Source: Kudoa neothunni (lineage: Eukaryota > Animalia > Cnidaria). Taken from it: DNA of 64,000 nucleotides. The stretch covers positions 150,148-214,147 of the forward strand of contig OZ199838.1 in assembly GCA_964304625.1 (NCBI GenBank). Reading direction: 5' to 3'. Position numbers and translations under genes: made by a program. The notes beneath the pieces were generated by a model. That model worked only from the letters and a program-made list of their open reading frames with translations. It did no database searches and was not told the origin of the DNA. The first letter of the stretch is position 1. Every line of letters starts with the position of its first letter. Positions 58,138 to 64,000 of the stretch are shown one piece after another.

Positions 58138-61100
58138 ATGATACCGATTATTCATCTGAAACAATTATCATCTCCATTTAAACGTGTATTTTTAAACAAA
58201 TATAACTGGGTGCGATCCTCTGGTTCCATCTTAAATCGAATTGATGAAAAACGTCAACAAGCCCTTTTAGGAGGGGGAATCAAAAGAATAGAAAAACAAC
58301 ACTCAAAAGTATCAACTCTCACAATGTAGAATAAATGAGATGAATATATTTGTTAGGGAAAACTAACAGCGAGAGAACGAGTAAATTTACTGCTGGACAA
58401 AGACTCATTCCATGAATATGGGCAGTTGGTCGAACACAATTGTAATGATTTTGGTATGGGTGATAAAAAAGTAACATTAAATTTCCGATTTAACCTGATA
58501 ATCAAACAATCTCAATAGTTTCCAGGAGACAGTGTGGTTACTGGGTCAGGTCAAATATACGGCAGACCAGTTTATGTTTTCAGCCAGGTAATTTTAATTA
58601 AATTAAATTTTAAAATTGAGCTTTTCTCCTATCGAATTATCGAATATGTAAAAACTAGGATTTCACAGTGTTTGGAGGAAGTCTTTCCAAAGTTCACTCG
58701 GAAAAAATCTGCAAAGTATTTAAAAAGTCTTTCACTGTAAATAATTATTTGTTTTGAAGATTATGGACATGGCAATGAAAAATGGTATTCCTCTGATTGG
58801 ACTCAACGATTCTAGTGGAGCCAAAATACAAGAAGGCGTCGAATCACTAGCTGGTTATGCTGACATCTTTCAAGTATTAGCTTATTGTGAGATCATTTAA
58901 GATTTTTCCACTAGAGAAATGTATTGGCCTCAGGAGTAATCCCTCAAATTTCTGTTATTATGGGCCCTTGCGCTGGTGGGGCCGTATACTCACCTGCCTT
59001 GACAGATTTTATTTTCATGATAAAAGTAATTCGTTTTTATTAACTTTGGAGTATTAGTGTAACTTATTCTCATAGGATACCTCGTATTTGTTTGTTACAG
59101 GCCCAGACGTGATTAAAGTTGTCACGGGTGAAAGTGTTACTCAAGAGCAACTTGGTGGATCAAAAACTCATACAAAGACATCAGGTTCTTTTTCGACTTT
59201 ATAAAGGCGTCTTTTTAGCTAATTCGAATTTAATTCAATGGAGGGTATTATAAAATATAAAATGTATTTCAGGGGTGGCCCACAAATGTTATAGTGATGA
59301 GATTGCCGCGTTATCGTCGTAACCTACGAATAAATGACTCAATATCTATTTTATTTAAGATTGAGAGAATTTTACAACTATATGCCGTTGAATAATAGAG
59401 AAAAACCTCCTGCAATATATACAGATGATCCGCTCGCTCGTATTTGTCCTGCATTAGATAGCATTGTGCCCAACGATAACAGCAAACCTTACAATATGAA
59501 AGATATAATTGAAATTGTACATTAAATTTCATTAATACTCAGTTAACTAACCTATTTAAATAAAAGGTGGTGGATGAAGGAGATTACTTTGAAATTATGC
59601 CTGACTATGCTAAAAACATCATAATTGCATTGGCATCAGTGGGATCGCATACGGTTGGGATAGTAGCAAACCAACCAATGGAATCAGCAGGTTTTTTCAT
59701 TAAAACTGTCGATTTGATAAGACTAAAGTTGAATATAAATAATTTCTAGGATGTTTGGATATTAATGCATCAACCAAAGCTGCAAGATTTGTGAGATTCT
59801 GTGATGCCTTCAATATACCCCTGGTGACATTCGTCGACACCCCCGGATATCTGCCAGGTAAACCAAAAATTGTCTTAAATAACGTTGAATAAATATGGTT
59901 AGGCACCAGCCAAGAATACAACGGGATTATAAGACATGGTGCAAAATTACTTTATGCCTACGCTGAAGCTACAGTTCCAAAAATAACTATAATCACTAGA
60001 AAAGTATGTTTCAAAATTGACATAATATTATAATATTGAAACGCTAGTTTTAACAAATTATTTTAAATAGGCAATATGGAGGTGCATACGACGTTATGAG
60101 CTCCAAACACTTACGAGGGTGACACCAACTATGTGTGGCCGACAGCAGAAGTTGCAGTAATGGGAGCCAAAGTTATTTTACTTAGTTTTGTCCGATTTTT
60201 AATCCCTCACACGAAGGGCGCTGATTTCCATACTTTATCGAGGGGCGAAGATGACGTAGGTATGATAAATTGTTTCAACTATGCAATAATAAACTTTAAC
60301 TTATTTAGAGCAACTTGAAAAAGAATACATTGAAAAGTTTGGAAATCCATTTTCCATAGCAACTAGAGGTGAGAAATGAGATATTACATTCATCGCATTG
60401 AATATTCTAATAAGTAAAATGGCTGTTTTTAATTTTATTGTATTAAATGGTAGATATTAGTATTTTATTTTTAAATGTGATAATAAATCGTCTATGTATA
60501 TAATATTATTATTAATTAAATAATATATAAATTTTATCATAATACCAGAGTATTTACATTTATTTGTGTGAAACTAATCTTTTAATAATTAATAGAAAAA
60601 AGCACACGAATAATTAAAAATAATAATTAATTTGATACGTAATTATATTATTAGAAATTCATTAATCTAGCAATTTAAAAACTTTTATTAATTTTTTATT
60701 TAAATTAATTTAATTTCTAATTTAAAATTTGAAATGATGAGAATATTGTCTATAGTCGAAAATGTAGATTCTCTATTTTTATATATCTATAAAAACGAAT
60801 ACTATCAAAACTTAATAGAAATATGTTAATTAACACTTTATGGAGCATCTTGGCTGCTCTATCCCAGGAATTAAAAAATATCACTCCTATGATTATGAAT
60901 ATTAGAAAAAATATGCTCATTACTCAATTCACCAGCTTGACTTTCATCTAACGCATTTATATTTTCTAAGAAATCTTCAAGTTCCCCAGACATTACACAT
61001 TCACAGTCCGATGACATTTTAACAACTTAAACGAATAAGCTCGAATTCGAGCTGATTACAACAAGAATTCATATTTCTAATTTAACCATACAATACATTT

Positions 61101-62343
61101 GGTTCTTAACATTGGATTTAATCTGCCGAAGAGAGGATTAACATTAAATAAATAAATAATATAATTTTAAAGAATTTACCTAAACAATTGAAAAAATAAA
61201 TTTTATGATTATAATTAAAATTTGAATTTTAACGAGAGAAAAGCGGCATTTAATGTATAGGAGGGCTGGTTGAGCTCAATGTGGTCCATAAAAGGTTAAG
61301 TAACATTAAATAAACCCAATATATTGTTAAAAAAAATAAATGAATCATAATATCACTACCCAATTAAATAATTTTATAAATTAAGTATATAATATTTTAA
61401 ATAATTTTATTGATATATTTATTTGTCTTATAATATTCCTCTGTGTCATTCAAATAGACTAAAAATTTAGTTAAACTCTAAAGTATTATTTAGAGCCTAA
61501 TTTCTCGATTTTTCTAAGTTTATCGAATCCTTTTTACGATTAAAAATAGTTTATTCACAACATATAACATGATTATTTCAATTTCTTAAACAAAAAATAA
61601 TAATTATTATAAAATTAACGTTACTATTAAAATAGACTAATAAAACACATTTTCATCGAATCCTCCGACTCCAATCGCACAATGTTAAATAATGCAGATT
61701 TAGAGTCTAATCTCTAAATAGAAGCAACAAAAATTAGACACAATTTATGCTACCAACTAAATAATTATTCAAAAACAAATCCGCGTTTCATTATTTATAG
61801 AGAATTTTTCCATACATCAATAATTTAAATATAAATACTATTAAATTATATTATTATTCCCAAATGGGGAATAATTATGCAATATCAAGACTTAATTATT
61901 TACAAATTAGTATTTTTTCCACTTTATTAGTAATAAAAAACAAAAAGTAAATTCCAATTTAGGCGATGTCCCGAGTTTATCGTAAATATATATAACTAAA
62001 AATATTTGTAAAAAATTATTAAATTTATTATTAATAAATCAAAAATATCATTAATTATATCATAAAATTAATGATATTTTTGATATAAACATAATTGAAA
62101 ATTAAAAAAAAATAATATTACAAATTAATAGTAAACACCAGATAATTGATAATATTTAATTAAAGATTTAATAAAAGTTAAAATTTGATACTGTAACGAT
62201 TATATATATTTGTGTATGTAGGATACATCGACGATATAATCCAACCTAGAGAAACAAGATGGATGATAATCAACGACCTCAAGTTGCTCCGCCAAAAAAA
62301 ATTATCAAATCCATGGAAAAAACATGATAATATACCACTTTGA
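58138..62343 (+). CDS. PCCB: Propionyl-CoA carboxylase beta chain, mitochondrial (apparent indels at 60071-60245)
   Basis: [128 protein letters not shown]; basic N-terminal presequence-like segment. Confidence 0.96.
60834..61295. mobile_element. piggyBac-type MITE in the last PCCB intron
   Basis: TTAA at 60830-60833 and 61296-61299; TIRs CACTTTATGGA / revcomp CCTTTTATGGA (9/11). Confidence 0.7.
62038..62084. repeat. Perfect 19-bp inverted repeat with a 9-nt spacer
   Basis: ATCAAAAATATCATTAATT ... AATTAATGATATTTTTGAT. Confidence 0.9.
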
Positions 62344-62380
62344 AGACACTCAAAATATAAATCAAAATCGAAATATAATT

Positions 62381-64000
62381 TTATTGTTTTTTTCGTTGGA
62401 TCAAAGATTGTTTAACAATATTAGCCTCTTGAATGGTTTTGTCACCTTCTTTCTCCAAATTAATTTCTTGGGAGGGGGTAGAAAAGTTTATAGTAAACAA
62501 GGGGCTGTCTGGTGTCATACTAAATACGCACGCACGCACGCACGCACGCACACACACAAACAATTATATTGGATAATGTGTATAAGAAAATCACCTAGCA
62601 ACCACTTGGTAAAGTTGTCTTACAGTGTGTACAGTAGGATTTACATTGATATTTACCCTATAGAAAATAGAAAATAGAAATAACGATAAAATTATATTAT
62701 ATTATTATATTGGATCATGTGGCCATGTTATTATTGATTAATTAATTAATTTACAGAAAGAGAGTAATAATTAACAACAAAATTATAGTGAGCAAGCTTA
62801 ATAATGCATATTGGAAAATGTGTTTGAATAGAGGCCGGAGTGAGACAGTTTAGAATTAAAAACTTACAACTTTCCGGTAGCGAGACGAATTCGAACTTGC
62901 TCATGAGGAAGAGATTGATCAACTTCTAATTCGAATGGTTGTTGATCGTTGGTCTGTGAGCTGTCGAAAAACGTAGGTGTAGGTCTAGAAAAATTGGGAG
63001 CGAATCTACGTGATCAACTTTAACACCTCATAGTTACTTACGTTCCTAACATCTGTCCTTTTCCGGTGAAAGCTTTAAATTTGTTGACGTATTCCACGTC
63101 GGTTCGATTGATTAGTTCCAATTTTCGTCGAGAATTTCCCATTATTTTAAGCAGCTCTGGAGGCATATAACTAGGTGATACATTTTAATACATGAAAGCA
63201 AATGTCACAACACTAGTCATATCATATTAAAATAATTTGATATAATTAAAAAATCAGTTAAAGTCAACAAAAACCCAACCCCTCCGAAAGATTTTTCAAT
63301 AATTTTATAGATTGAGGATCATCATAAGGAAAGAAAAACTCGTCATCATTTATAGTAAAACCGTTGGAGTAGGAGATTAGATTGAACATTTTTTCCTCAT
63401 CGGCATCCTACAAACGTTGAATCGTCCAAACAAACAAAAAATTTGATACTGGAGATGCGGGTTCTTTATAAAAGGAAATAATTGGAATAAACAATAAAAA
63501 AATTACTTGTGTTTTCATCATGAGATTGATCGAATTGGGTTTCTTGTTGTTTGAGAGCTACATCACTAATAATTCACCACAATTTCAACCGAATCAATAT
63601 TTATGAAAATTACCGCATATTTTTCATAAGGTTCATTGCATAATTCGGGGGATGCGAGCCACGGTGACTGTGTGGATCAATAATATTCAAACCACTTGTC
63701 AAAATGTTAACCAATCAATCCAACAAGCCATAGAATCCATAGAATCCATAAAATAGTACCTGTTCGCAGATCCACCAGCGTAATATTCGGTTTCATCATA
63801 TAGATCATTGGGATCGAATTTTTGTTTGTCACCATCCTCAAATTCCACATTAGGGTGTTGGGATGGGTGGTAATTATTCAAGGCACCCTAAAAGAAACTA
63901 ACAACGCGTTACTCGACCTAATCCCCATACCATAATATCGTAATTGTATTTTTCGAGTATTTCTTTGGCCAGCTGCTCGCTTACATCCGTCATCTCACAG
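62381..64000 (-). CDS. NSFL1C: p97/VCP cofactor p47 (UBA-SEP-SHP-UBX); 5' end beyond the window
   Basis: UBA-like CEMTDVSEQLAKEILEKYNYDIM|GALNNY; YYAGGSANSGLNII; SEP YSNGFTINDD..YDDPQ..EG|YMPPEL; SHP FKAFTGKGQMLG; UBX VRIRLATG..KTIQEANIVKQSLIQR. Confidence 0.9.
62526..62557. repeat. (GCAC)n-(AC)n microsatellite in a p47 intron
   Basis: Directly visible. Confidence 0.9.

Overview
This is AT-rich eukaryotic (animal-like) genomic DNA, not prokaryotic, so the supplied ORF track mostly shows single exons. Splicing by eye at GT..AG gives these genes, left to right: Nup133-like nucleoporin (+), MAPK15/ERK7 (-), eIF2-alpha (+), a PLEKHG-type DH-PH RhoGEF (-), VRK kinase (-), a small unknown spliced gene (+), an unknown gene (-), CHMP3 (+), cytosolic asparaginyl-tRNA synthetase (+), a probable MED11 (+), an unknown gene (-), PCCB (+) and p47/NSFL1C (-, runs off the right edge). 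Most introns are tiny (about 45-70 nt) with very degenerate splice sites. The few long introns and the intergenic gaps hold decayed mobile elements: several TTAA-flanked piggyBac elements/MITEs, hAT, Tc1/IS630, pogo/Tigger, possible MULE and mariner relics, and a probable Penelope-like RT fragment. Fast-evolving proteins and compact genes would fit a reduced metazoan parasite such as a myxozoan; this is inference only. No CRISPR array, rRNA or intact tRNA was seen, and I cannot support a wholly new multi-gene system. The best leads are the KGYID-to-KSYID change in eIF2-alpha, clustered frameshifts in PCCB, an inverted repeat where MED11 overlaps a probable pogo end, a shared palindrome in the piggyBac elements, and small spliced genes missed by the ORF track. 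All family assignments are from remembered motifs, not database searches.
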